A DNA stretch of 60,827 nucleotides, taken from positions 1 through 60,827 of the forward strand of contig CAZXHL010000002.1 of assembly GCA_964640545.1 (NCBI GenBank), given 5' to 3'. The translations under genes and the position numbers were made by a program. Under the pieces are notes generated by a model, which saw only the letters and a program-made list of their open reading frames with translations, searched no databases and was not told the DNA's origin. Positions 27,926 through 36,460 of this stretch are shown in pieces. Every line of letters begins with the position of its first letter. Within the stretch, counting starts at the first letter, position 1. This stretch comes from an uncultured Bacteriovorax sp. Lineage in GTDB: Bacteria > Bdellovibrionota > UBA2428.

Positions 27926-29455
27926 TTGCAGAATCAAGTGAGCGGACAAGTTGAACTTAGCTTAGTCGAAGTTTTCCGTAAGTTTTTCTCGCTTCTAGGC
28001 CTTGCCTCTGCCCAACTTAAGGGAGAAGAGGAGGGTCTGTATGACCTTCTCGAACTAGCACGTAAAAAATTTGAAAACTCCGACAAATCCGAAAGGGAAG
28101 TTTTTCGCTGGCTTTTCAGGCGTTGGCAAAAATATTTTCCTGACGAGGCAGCCTGGCGCGAGGGCTATATTGTTTTAAGGGCGTTATTCGTTGAAGAGAT
28201 GAAATGGGATGAGATATCTTTTTTGACCGGCCGGCATGTTTCGGAATTGAGAATGGTGGCCTTAAAATCCCTGGTGGCGCAGACTGAGTTTACAGGGCTT
28301 GAAGATCGGCCCTCAAGAGACTGCGCTAGAAATGACATTTATCTTCTAGACTTCCTTTCTAGGCAGAATTGGGCAGATCCCCTGACTTTGAATTCTGATA
28401 AGGGATTGGAATCTCATATTAAGAATTGCCCTCGTTGTTCGGAAATGGTCCAAAAAAGTAGAGCTTGGATTGATGATATTTGTGAAGAGTCGAAAAGAGA
28501 TTTGAACCTTTCTATTCTGGAGAGTCTGGTTGAAGGTCGTGAGTCTGTGGGGTCGACTTCGGAACTACTTGTTAAGAGTTTTTTGGGTGTAGCCGCTATG
28601 GTGGCCATTGTGCTTTTGGTTCCTTACGTTCCGAGTTTTACAAAATTTGTTGGTGCTGGCATCCAAAATGTGGCGAGTAAGGTTCAGTTAAATAAGTCGG
28701 ATGTGGATGACATCGAAAAAGTTCTGGACGAGGTGGCCGAGAAGGAAGATCGAGGATTTAGTCTGCTAGATAAAAATCCTACTGATGAACTTGTCAGTTC
28801 CAATAAGAATGAGGAGCCACGGGTTGTGGAGGCACATGCTGACAAGATTACCGATCCCACTAAGCGTGAAAAACTCAAAAAAAATGAAACAGTCACGAAA
28901 GGGCTTGATCTTAAGCCATCGGAGGAGAGACAGATTTTTGCTTTTAACTATGTGGTGCTTCCAGAGGATATGATTGAAGGCGCTGAGGTTGAAGAAAGGT
29001 CTGGGGAGAATCTTAGTTCTGAGGCTTCAAGCGTTCTACTTAGTAAGAAAAAGCCGGAGGCTAAAAAGCCTTTTACAGAATTAAACGAATCTCAGAAAAG
29101 TCTTGATCCGGAAAAATCCAGTAAATCACAAGATCTTGCTGAGTCTAAGGGGGCAACGTCACAAGTTTTTTTCCGGTGGGGTGCTCGGGCGCAGGATCCT
29201 GAACGCTTGAAGACCAAAGTTCTTGAGATTCTTGGCGCCTATAGCGCAGAAAATATTAGTGAGTTGGGATTGGGTTCGTTGTATAAGGGGGGACAGTATT
29301 TCCACTTTACAATGAACAAGTCTGATTATTCCAAGTTATTGAATGGAATCAGAGAGCTTCCCTTTACGGAATTTACTGTTTCGGAAGCAACGGGCTCCAG
29401 GAAAATCGACGCTTCTCTAAGTCGCATAGTGTTTTGGGTCGGCCCTAGCAAATAG
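27926..29455 (+). CDS. Membrane protein fusing a sigma70 region 4-like segment, a zinc anti-sigma (H-x3-C-x2-C) motif, one TM helix and a large extracytoplasmic domain
   Basis: WDEISFLTGRHVSELRMVALKSL (region 4-like HTH), ESHIKNCPRCSEM (ZAS motif, about nt 28425-28450), and TM FLGVAAMVAIVLLVPYVPSF. The start immediately follows the upstream stop. Confidence 0.45.
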   Translation: MQNQVSGQVELSLVEVFRKFFSLLGLASAQLKGEEEGLYDLLELARKKFENSDKSEREVFRWLFRRWQKYFPDEAAWREGYIVLRALFVEEMKWDEISFLTGRHVSELRMVALKSLVAQTEFTGLEDRPSRDCARNDIYLLDFLSRQNWADPLTLNSDKGLESHIKNCPRCSEMVQKSRAWIDDICEESKRDLNLSILESLVEGRESVGSTSELLVKSFLGVAAMVAIVLLVPYVPSFTKFVGAGIQNVASKVQLNKSDVDDIEKVLDEVAEKEDRGFSLLDKNPTDELVSSNKNEEPRVVEAHADKITDPTKREKLKKNETVTKGLDLKPSEERQIFAFNYVVLPEDMIEGAEVEERSGENLSSEASSVLLSKKKPEAKKPFTELNESQKSLDPEKSSKSQDLAESKGATSQVFFRWGARAQDPERLKTKVLEILGAYSAENISELGLGSLYKGGQYFHFTMNKSDYSKLLNGIRELPFTEFTVSEATGSRKIDASLSRIVFWVGPSK

Positions 29456-29456
29456 C

Positions 29457-29481
29457 TAACTGTGCGCCGGTAACAGTTGGT
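29457..29481. repeat. Left terminal inverted repeat of the IS
   Basis: TAACTGTGCGCCGGTAACAGTTGGT. It is itself partly palindromic (AACTGT...ACAGTT). Confidence 0.85.
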
Positions 29482-29535
29482 TGGAGTCTATGGGGCTGAG
29501 GGGTTTGGCACTGGATTCGCAGTGGCCATGCTTCT

Positions 29536-30621
29536 ATGAGCACTATTCACTGTCCAAAATGCAAGCATTCCTCTTTCTTTAAATGGGGTTTTCATAAGAA
29601 CATCCAGTGTTTGGGGGGAAAGTCTCTTCAAAGATATCGTTGTCGTCGTTGCCAAACGTTGTTTTGCCAGAACACTACACTCTTCCATTTTAGGCTTAAG
29701 AAGCCTGATCCAGCCCTGAATTCAAAGATTTTTCAGGCATTTATCCACGGTTTATCTAACCGTGAAATCGGAAGGTTTCTTCATATTAGTGAGCATTGTG
29801 TGCGGGGAAGATTGGATCGCATGAGCAAACAAGCTTTTGTATTTCACAATAAGGTTCTGCAAGACATATCTGCCATTGAAGCGATTGCATACGATGGGCT
29901 CGAAAATTTTGCGGGTTCACAATATGATCCCAACAACATTCAACAGGCGATTGGAAGTGAAAGCTTGTTTATCTATGACTTTAACTTTGCGCCTTTGAAT
30001 CGCAAGGGGCGAATGTCGTCATGGCAAAAGAAGAGGTTGCTAGAAATTGAAGCGAAGCATGGGAGGTACAATCCCTCTGCTATACGGGTGCAAAGCGCCA
30101 AAATTTTTAAAAGGTTAAAGGCGTTGAGCGCGGGAAAGCTGGAACTTCTAAGTGACGAGCATTTTCAGTATCCGCGGGCACTAAAAGAGGCGGGAGTAAA
30201 GCCAGAAAGCCATCTCAGAATAAGTTCGAAGGCGTGTCGAAATTTTCAGAATATTTTATTTAGTGTGAATCATGCAGATCTTTTGGCTAGGCAGAGACTT
30301 GCCGTGTTTGAGCGAGAAACGATCAGCTTTGCAAAGACTGCCGGGCGCATGTGCCAGAAGTATGCGTTGTTTCTGCTACATAAGAACTATATGTGTGCAC
30401 AGTTTACAAAACGGCATGTGAAAAGGCCGAGAGCACATGAGCAAAGTCCAGCGCAACAAATAGGGGTTGCGGATAGGATCTTAAAGTTTGGTGAGATATT
30501 TAATGGGTTCCCAGGAAATCAAGAAAAGGAGGAGTTGAACGAGGATTGGCAGTTTTTTTACGATGGGAAAGTGCCGAATGACTGTTTAAGGAGCCTTCGG
30601 TTTAAAAGCCGGGCAGCTTAG
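29536..30621 (+). CDS. IS transposase with N-terminal zinc ribbon
   Basis: CPKC...x...RYRCRRC zinc-ribbon as in IS1 InsA / IS1595 transposases, with Asp-containing blocks AYDGLENF and IYDFNF. It lies between the IRs. Confidence 0.7.
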   Translation: MSTIHCPKCKHSSFFKWGFHKNIQCLGGKSLQRYRCRRCQTLFCQNTTLFHFRLKKPDPALNSKIFQAFIHGLSNREIGRFLHISEHCVRGRLDRMSKQAFVFHNKVLQDISAIEAIAYDGLENFAGSQYDPNNIQQAIGSESLFIYDFNFAPLNRKGRMSSWQKKRLLEIEAKHGRYNPSAIRVQSAKIFKRLKALSAGKLELLSDEHFQYPRALKEAGVKPESHLRISSKACRNFQNILFSVNHADLLARQRLAVFERETISFAKTAGRMCQKYALFLLHKNYMCAQFTKRHVKRPRAHEQSPAQQIGVADRILKFGEIFNGFPGNQEKEELNEDWQFFYDGKVPNDCLRSLRFKSRAA

Positions 30622-30635
30622 TTTTTTGGTCCTTC

Positions 30636-30660
30636 ACCAACTGTTCCCGGCGCACAGTTA
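30636..30660. repeat. Right terminal inverted repeat of the IS
   Basis: ACCAACTGTTCCCGGCGCACAGTTA is the reverse complement of the left IR with one mismatch. Confidence 0.85.
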
Positions 30661-32469
30661 AAGCTTTGAAACTTGAATTCTGAGCTCGGCCAACTGGTCT
30701 GAGGCGACACTCGATGGAGTTTCACTCATGGGATCGGTGGCGCGTGCCGTTTTGGGGAAGGCAATGACGTCTCGAATTGAGGATTCTTTTGCCATGAGCA
30801 TGGCGAGCCTGTCGATTCCGAAAGCAACTCCACCGTGCGGAGGAGTTCCGTACTTGAGAGCCTCAATGAAGAAGCCAAATTGCTTAGTTGCCTCTTCTTT
30901 TGAAAAGCCAAGGGCTTGAAACATTGCTTCCTGAACGGTGGGGTCAAAAATTCTCAAACTTCCGCCACCAAGCTCATAGCCATTGAGGGCCAAGTCGTAA
31001 GCTTCAGCTTTGATGTCATGAAACTTAGACGTATCGCCAGACATTAGGATCTTTTCCCCTTCTGGAGTTGGCCGCGTGAAGGGGTGATGAGCTGCGAAGA
31101 AGCGGTTGTCTTCTGATTCCGCCTCGAAGAGCGGCCAGTCTTTGATCCAAACAAAGGCCCACTCATTTCGAGAATTTTCTGGGTCAATCAATCCAACTTC
31201 ATTGGCAACGAGCAAGCGAAGTTGTCCCATAGCATTTTCTACAACTGGAGACGCTTCGGCTCCAAACATCACACAGTCACCTGGCTTTAGGCACAAATAA
31301 TTTTGAAGTGACTTCTGAGCGGCTTCATCAAAAAATTTAGAAATGGGGCTCTGCCAGCTGCCGTCTTCCAAGACTTTAACCCAAGCCACACCTTTTAAGC
31401 CATGAGTCGCCATCGCCGGATTGAGTCCGTCGAAGAACTTTCGGCTCCAGTTGGGCATGGCGCATTTCTTCTCAGCAAGATCTGCCGCAGTGACGGGAAG
31501 GGCAATAACCTTGCCGCCATTGGCAACACAAGATGAGAAGACCTTAAAGTCCGAGTCTTTGACTTGCTCTGAAATATCCCGAAGTTCGAGTTTGAAGCGC
31601 ATGTCTGGCTTGTCACTGCCGAAGCGGCTCATGGCTTCGTCGAATCCCATATGTGGGAAGGCCTCTTTGAGCTCAACGTCCAAACATTCTTTCCATACAT
31701 ATTTGATGTAGCTTTCCAGAAGAGCCAGAAGCTCATCTTGATTCATGAAGCTGGTTTCGATGTCGAGCTGGGTAAATTCTGGCTGACGGTCAGCGCGCAG
31801 GTCTTCATCTCGGAAGCATTTGGCGACTTGGAAGTAGCGCTCAAAGCCCGCGATCATTAGCAGCTGCTTTAAAGTCTGTGGGGACTGAGGGAGAGCATAA
31901 AACTCTCCTGGGTGAACGCGTGAGGGAACAAGGTAGTCTCTTGCGCCTTCGGGGGTACTTTTATAGAGAATCGGCGTTTCAATCTCAATAAACGATTCGT
32001 CCGTGAAGAACTTTCTCGAGGCCTGAAGAAGTTTGTGTCTTAAAATGATGTTTTTCTGGAGGCGCTCACGACGCAGGTCGAGATATCTATATTTTAAGCG
32101 TGTGCTCTCAAGCACACTTTCGTCGCTACTATCCGGAGTGAACGGCGGGACTTCAGAGGTCGTCAGAACTTCGACCTTTGTAGCTTCGATTTCAACCTCC
32201 CCGCTCTTCATTTTCTTGTTGATCATCCCCTCGGGGCGTTTGCGAACGATACCCTCAATACGAACAACGAATTCAGAACGTAATTTCGGGCAATCAGCTG
32301 CAATAGATGTTGGAATCATGACCTGGCAGAGGCCTTGCCTGTCTCTTAAATCGAAAAAACTTAAGCCTCCATGGTCGCGAACTTTGTGGACCCATCCGCT
32401 AAGGATGACGGTTTCACCGTCCATTTGGGCTGACAATTCTTGGCTGAGGTGACTTCTATACTGGATCAT
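30658..32469 (-). CDS. aspS: Aspartate-tRNA ligase
   Basis: SGWVHKVRDHGGLSFFDLRDRQG, ALPQSPQTLKQLLM and class II motifs (GGGSLRI, GVAFGIDRL). I trimmed the start to ATG 32469. Confidence 0.9.
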   Translation of the reverse strand: MIQYRSHLSQELSAQMDGETVILSGWVHKVRDHGGLSFFDLRDRQGLCQVMIPTSIAADCPKLRSEFVVRIEGIVRKRPEGMINKKMKSGEVEIEATKVEVLTTSEVPPFTPDSSDESVLESTRLKYRYLDLRRERLQKNIILRHKLLQASRKFFTDESFIEIETPILYKSTPEGARDYLVPSRVHPGEFYALPQSPQTLKQLLMIAGFERYFQVAKCFRDEDLRADRQPEFTQLDIETSFMNQDELLALLESYIKYVWKECLDVELKEAFPHMGFDEAMSRFGSDKPDMRFKLELRDISEQVKDSDFKVFSSCVANGGKVIALPVTAADLAEKKCAMPNWSRKFFDGLNPAMATHGLKGVAWVKVLEDGSWQSPISKFFDEAAQKSLQNYLCLKPGDCVMFGAEASPVVENAMGQLRLLVANEVGLIDPENSRNEWAFVWIKDWPLFEAESEDNRFFAAHHPFTRPTPEGEKILMSGDTSKFHDIKAEAYDLALNGYELGGGSLRIFDPTVQEAMFQALGFSKEEATKQFGFFIEALKYGTPPHGGVAFGIDRLAMLMAKESSIRDVIAFPKTARATDPMSETPSSVASDQLAELRIQVSKL

Positions 32470-32559
32470 AAGATGGTTGAGCTTAGAACGGCTTGAAGTG
32501 TATCGCAATAGGATTTGGTCCTGCAAAAATGAAACTTAGCTGCTAAGATTGTGGGAGTC

Positions 32560-33849
32560 ATGACTCTGTTTAGTACTCAACCCTACAAAGGCACCCGAGA
32601 TTTTTTTCCCGAACTCAAGAAACGTCATAATTGGATGTTTGATAAAATGAGGTCGGTTCTCGGGCAGTTTGCTTATAGGGAATACGATGGCCCGATGCTC
32701 GAGCCTTTTGATCTTTATGCTGCAAAAACAGGCGAAGAGATCGTGAGTCAGCAGCTTTATTGGATGATGGACCGTGGTGATCGAAAGATGGCTATTCGTC
32801 CTGAAATGACTCCGACTTTTGCTCGAATGGTAGCTTCAAGGCTTCAGGAAGAGCCTAAGCCAATAAGATGGTTCAGTGTTCCTAATTTGTGGAGATATGA
32901 GCGTCCTCAACGTGGTCGTCTTAGGGAACACTGGCAGTTGAATGTAGATGTTGTCGGTGGCGATACTGTTTTGGCTGACGCCGAACTTCTTCTTTTGGCC
33001 GTTGAACTCTTTCGCTCCTTCGGTGGTGAAAAATTTCTTCAAATTAAGGTCAACAGCCGCAAACTAATGGATTTGCTTTTTAAGAGTCGAATGGGGCTTG
33101 ATGAGACCACGGCTTTGAAGCTTTCAAAGGTGATTGATGCGAAAGATAAGTTGAAGCCCGAAGTTTATGCCGAAAAATTGACGGAACTCGGAGTCAGTGA
33201 TGATCAAATCTCGACCATGGAGAAGTTTTTTTCTTCTGATATGGCGACGATCCAGAAAGATTTCGCTGGAGAGGCCGCAGTTGAGGAACTTTCTTCTTTG
33301 TTTGCGACCTTGAAGGAGCTTGGAGTTCCTGAAGGTTGTGTGGTCTTTGATCCAAGCATCATGAGGGGGCTGGACTATTATACGGGTGTTGTCTTTGAAG
33401 CCTTTGATGTGTCGCCAGATAATAACCGGGCTTTGTTCGGCGGGGGTCGATATGACAATTTGCTGGGATTGTTTTCGAAAAACTCGATATCGGGAGCAGG
33501 TTTCGGCCTTGGCGATGTGACTTTGATGCAGTTTTTGGAAACGCACGGACTGCTTGAAGAACTTCCAAACGATTACGATATAGGTTTTGCCTGCCTGGGG
33601 CGAGAGGCTTGGCTTGTCTGCCAAAAGAAGTCGGCAGAACTCCGTCAAAGAGGGCACAGGATTTATATGCCTTTAGATTACGAGACTTCGATGAAGTCTC
33701 AGCTTAAGACTTTGGCCAAGCTTGATATCTCAAAAGTCATCATTGTTGGTGAAAATGAAATGGCGTCAGGCGATTGGACTTTTAAAAACATGCAGAGTTC
33801 AGAGCAAAAAACGATTAAAGCCGATCAGATTGCCGAAGTTATTAGTTGA
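32560..33849 (+). CDS. hisS: Histidine-tRNA ligase
   Basis: KGTRDFFP, WRYERPQRGRLREHWQLNVD (motif 2) and GGGRYDNL (motif 3). Confidence 0.9.
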   Translation: MTLFSTQPYKGTRDFFPELKKRHNWMFDKMRSVLGQFAYREYDGPMLEPFDLYAAKTGEEIVSQQLYWMMDRGDRKMAIRPEMTPTFARMVASRLQEEPKPIRWFSVPNLWRYERPQRGRLREHWQLNVDVVGGDTVLADAELLLLAVELFRSFGGEKFLQIKVNSRKLMDLLFKSRMGLDETTALKLSKVIDAKDKLKPEVYAEKLTELGVSDDQISTMEKFFSSDMATIQKDFAGEAAVEELSSLFATLKELGVPEGCVVFDPSIMRGLDYYTGVVFEAFDVSPDNNRALFGGGRYDNLLGLFSKNSISGAGFGLGDVTLMQFLETHGLLEELPNDYDIGFACLGREAWLVCQKKSAELRQRGHRIYMPLDYETSMKSQLKTLAKLDISKVIIVGENEMASGDWTFKNMQSSEQKTIKADQIAEVIS

Positions 33850-34759
33850 ATTCAACGACGCCCACGGGGAGTGTCTCTTTTTTGTTTCCATTCTGATAGG
33901 TAAATGTTCCCTGAAAGTGTCTCATCGTACTAATGATGGAACTTTCTTGCAGTCTGGGGATGTCTGTTCTCGTTGAGACAGTTATGAAGTCAACTTCCAT
34001 ATGGCCGAGGTTGCCAGAGGTGAATCCATAGAGAGCGCCTTCCACGATCTCCAAATTTTCGCCTAGTTTGGCAAAGCAGCTGATATCTCCCTCCGCCCTA
34101 CTTGTTCCGTCTCTGAGGCGGACTCGCACATATTGTGTTCCAGTCGGGGCATCGTATTGAACGATGTAGGCTTTGTTGCGATCGAACAAGATTCGGTCTG
34201 TCTCCTCCGGAATTTCTGGGGAAACTAGGTTCTGAACCGGGGCGTTGGCATCGTCTTTTTCAAAGATTCGAATGTTCCCGCCAGATTCGAGAACTTGAAA
34301 TGACTGCTCGAAGTTCAAAACTCCATTTTTCACGCCCGGGCTTTGGAGGGAGTTTGCGCCTCTTTCAAGGTCGACATCAAGATCATAATAGTTGTCGATT
34401 TTTCGAAGAGGCAGGGGGTTGTCGCCAGTTTTTACTTTTAACTCGCCGACGTCGAGCAAACGTTTCAGGCCCATTTCGCCCGTGTAGTCATTGCGGTAAT
34501 TGACAGAATAGTCGCAAAGGGTCGGTGGGGACTTAAGGAGTCGTAGGTTTCCAAAGTTTTCTGCGGCCGCGATAGTTCCATGAAAGGTTGAGAAGAAGTC
34601 TCTTAGGCTTGGAGAGGTCGTCGCGTACTGATCCGCAAAGAATATCGAGAGAATGATGGAGTCATCACTTTTTAATTCGCTCTTTCTTCCTTGGTTAATT
34701 TCACAGGCTGAGAAGAGAAAAAGCAGAGCCAGTAAGGGAAGTTTGCGAAAGCGATACAT
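33842..34759 (-). CDS. Hypothetical lipoprotein
   Basis: Lipobox LFLFSAC after ATG 34759. The 3' end overlaps the hisS stop by 8 nt. Confidence 0.4.
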   Translation of the reverse strand: MYRFRKLPLLALLFLFSACEINQGRKSELKSDDSIILSIFFADQYATTSPSLRDFFSTFHGTIAAAENFGNLRLLKSPPTLCDYSVNYRNDYTGEMGLKRLLDVGELKVKTGDNPLPLRKIDNYYDLDVDLERGANSLQSPGVKNGVLNFEQSFQVLESGGNIRIFEKDDANAPVQNLVSPEIPEETDRILFDRNKAYIVQYDAPTGTQYVRVRLRDGTSRAEGDISCFAKLGENLEIVEGALYGFTSGNLGHMEVDFITVSTRTDIPRLQESSIISTMRHFQGTFTYQNGNKKETLPVGVVEFN

Positions 34760-34978
34760 GTAAATAGATAGGTACATTTCTTCATTGTATCGCAGTTGGA
34801 GAGTGCGCCGATGCAAGAAAATTGTCAGATATTTTGACACCAGAATGACGCACAAGACAACACAAGCGCAGCAAGTAAGTAGAAAAATTCGATTTGCTAT
34901 TGCGCATTAGTTCGATGACACATACAGTTATAGAAGGAAGGGATTTTTTCCCTCTAATTTAAAGGAGGCAACATAGCT

Positions 34979-35296
34979 ATGGCAGCCAAGAAAAAAACAA
35001 CAAAGAAACCAGCTAAGAAAACAACTCGGAAGAAAGCAACTCGCAAGGTCGCTAAGAAACCAGCAGCTAAGAAAGTTACTAAAAAAGTAGCTAAGAAAAA
35101 GACTGCTAAGAAAGCAGCGAAGAAAAAAGCTACAAAAAAAGTAGCGAAGAAAAAAGTTGCTAAGAAAAAGACTGCTAAAAAAGCAGCTAAGAAAAAAGTA
35201 GCAAAGAAAAAGCCTGCTAAAAAAGCAGCTAAGAAAAAAGCTACTAAGAAAGTAGCTAAGAAAAAAGCTACTCGTAAAGCTACTAAAAAGAAGTAA
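34979..35296 (+). CDS. Histone H1-like lysine/alanine-rich nucleoid protein
   Basis: 105 aa, of which 54 are Lys by my count. Iterated VAKKK(T/P)AKKAAKKK units. A strong RBS AAGGAGG is upstream and a terminator downstream. Confidence 0.7.
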   Translation: MAAKKKTTKKPAKKTTRKKATRKVAKKPAAKKVTKKVAKKKTAKKAAKKKATKKVAKKKVAKKKTAKKAAKKKVAKKKPAKKAAKKKATKKVAKKKATRKATKKK

Positions 35297-35354
35297 GTCT
35301 TTCACTGTTCTTAGGGTCTAGCGAATTTCCCGGGAAATTTTGGGCCTAGAAAAA

Positions 35355-35396
35355 ACCCAGTCCCCTTGTTTGACGCAAGGAGGCTGGGTTTTTTTT
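35355..35396 (+). terminator. Rho-independent terminator after the H1-like gene
   Basis: ACCCAGTCCCCTTG ... CAAGGAGGCTGGGT followed by TTTTTTTT. Confidence 0.7.
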
Positions 35397-35491
35397 ATGA
35401 CACTTATGGCATTTTTTTGCCATTTTTCCGGCAGGGTTTCTATTCATAATAATCCTTTGAAAGACTGAGTTTCCTATTATTATATAATTCC

Positions 35492-36460
35492 GTGAGTAAC
35501 TTTGCTGAACAGATTCGGATCGAAGAGCTGGCTAGGAAATGCCCAGGCTTTGCTAGGGTTAGAACTTTGGAAACTGTAGTGGCCAAGGGTCGAGAGTTTC
35601 CAATTTATGCTTTTGAAATAGGCAGTCAAGATCCCGAAGCTCCAGTGTTTGCTTTGTTCGGCGGGGTTCATGGGTTGGAAAGAGTCGGAACCCATGTTGC
35701 TCTAGCCTATCTTGAAAGCTTATTCGCTCAGGCCGAGTGGGATAAGGACTTACGAAAGAGATTTGAGACCTGCAGAATTGTGTCAATACCCTTGATCAAC
35801 CCCGCTGGAATGTTTTTCGGGCAAAGAAGCAATATGAATGGTATCGATTTGATGCGGAATTCACCCACCAGGTCGAAGGAAAGTGTTCCCTATCTTTTGG
35901 GGGGGCACCATATCGGGCCCAACCTGCCTTGGTATATGGGGCCAGAGGGTAGCACTGAAATGGAGTTGGAAGCACAAGTTCTAGTGAACTTTGTGAAAGA
36001 ACAGTGTTTCCAGTCAAAAGCTGTTTTGTGTTTGGATATACACTCAGGTTTTGGAATGAAAGATCGGCTTTGGTATCCCTACGCTAAGACTGCGGAGGCT
36101 TTCCCTGCACTTCCAGAGGTGCAGAATGTCAGACGTCTGTTGGATCTCTCCTATCCCAATCACATCTACGCTGTTGAGCCTCAAAGTGAATCTTATACGA
36201 CCCATGGAGATCTTTGGGACTATATCTTCGACGAGCATTTAGCCACGAATCTGGATTTCAAAAGGGCTTTTATTCCTTGGACTTTGGAAATTGGATCATG
36301 GCTATGGATTCGAAAGAATCCTCGGCAGCTGTTCTCAGCACTTGGCCCGTTCAATCCCATCAAGATTCACAGGCATCGCCGAACCATGAGACGGCATTTG
36401 CCTTTGTTGGATTTTTTCTTAAGAAGTGTCAGCAATTATCAGTCTTGGATTCGCAAATGA
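35492..36460 (+). CDS. M14-like zinc carboxypeptidase-fold protein (DUF2817/AstE-AspA-like)
   Basis: HxxE zinc motif in FGGVHGLERVG and a downstream His in LDIHSGFG. Confidence 0.5.
   Translation: MSNFAEQIRIEELARKCPGFARVRTLETVVAKGREFPIYAFEIGSQDPEAPVFALFGGVHGLERVGTHVALAYLESLFAQAEWDKDLRKRFETCRIVSIPLINPAGMFFGQRSNMNGIDLMRNSPTRSKESVPYLLGGHHIGPNLPWYMGPEGSTEMELEAQVLVNFVKEQCFQSKAVLCLDIHSGFGMKDRLWYPYAKTAEAFPALPEVQNVRRLLDLSYPNHIYAVEPQSESYTTHGDLWDYIFDEHLATNLDFKRAFIPWTLEIGSWLWIRKNPRQLFSALGPFNPIKIHRHRRTMRRHLPLLDFFLRSVSNYQSWIRK

Larger units (their letters stand above)
29457..30660 (+). mobile_element. Complete insertion sequence, single-ORF, IS1/IS1595-like
   Basis: 25-bp terminal inverted repeats (1 mismatch) bracket a 361-aa transposase ORF. 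It is inserted between two convergent stop codons. Confidence 0.75.

Noticed and set aside
34979-35296. Short periodic DNA repeats, considered as a possible CRISPR or VNTR array.
   Set aside because: The repeats are in-frame coding repeats of a Lys/Ala-rich protein. There are no unique spacers and no cas genes anywhere in the window.
34928-35305. A 125-aa minus-strand ORF rich in F, L, S and C, opposite the H1-like gene.
   Set aside because: It is the mirror image of the Lys codon repeats (AAG/AAA read as CTT/TTT). It has no RBS, whereas the plus-strand gene has AAGGAGG and a terminator.
35407-35422. TGGCATTTTTTTGCCA, resembling a sigma54 -24/-12 element upstream of the M14-like gene.
   Set aside because: The GG to GC spacing is one nucleotide too short (N9 rather than N10). 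The sequence is also a simple palindrome just after a terminator.
36214-36456. An N-terminal 81-aa extension of the alpha/beta-hydrolase ORF.
   Set aside because: It lies in an alternative frame of the upstream M14-like gene. ATG 36457 forms an ATGA junction with that gene's stop and starts a typical hydrolase N-terminus.
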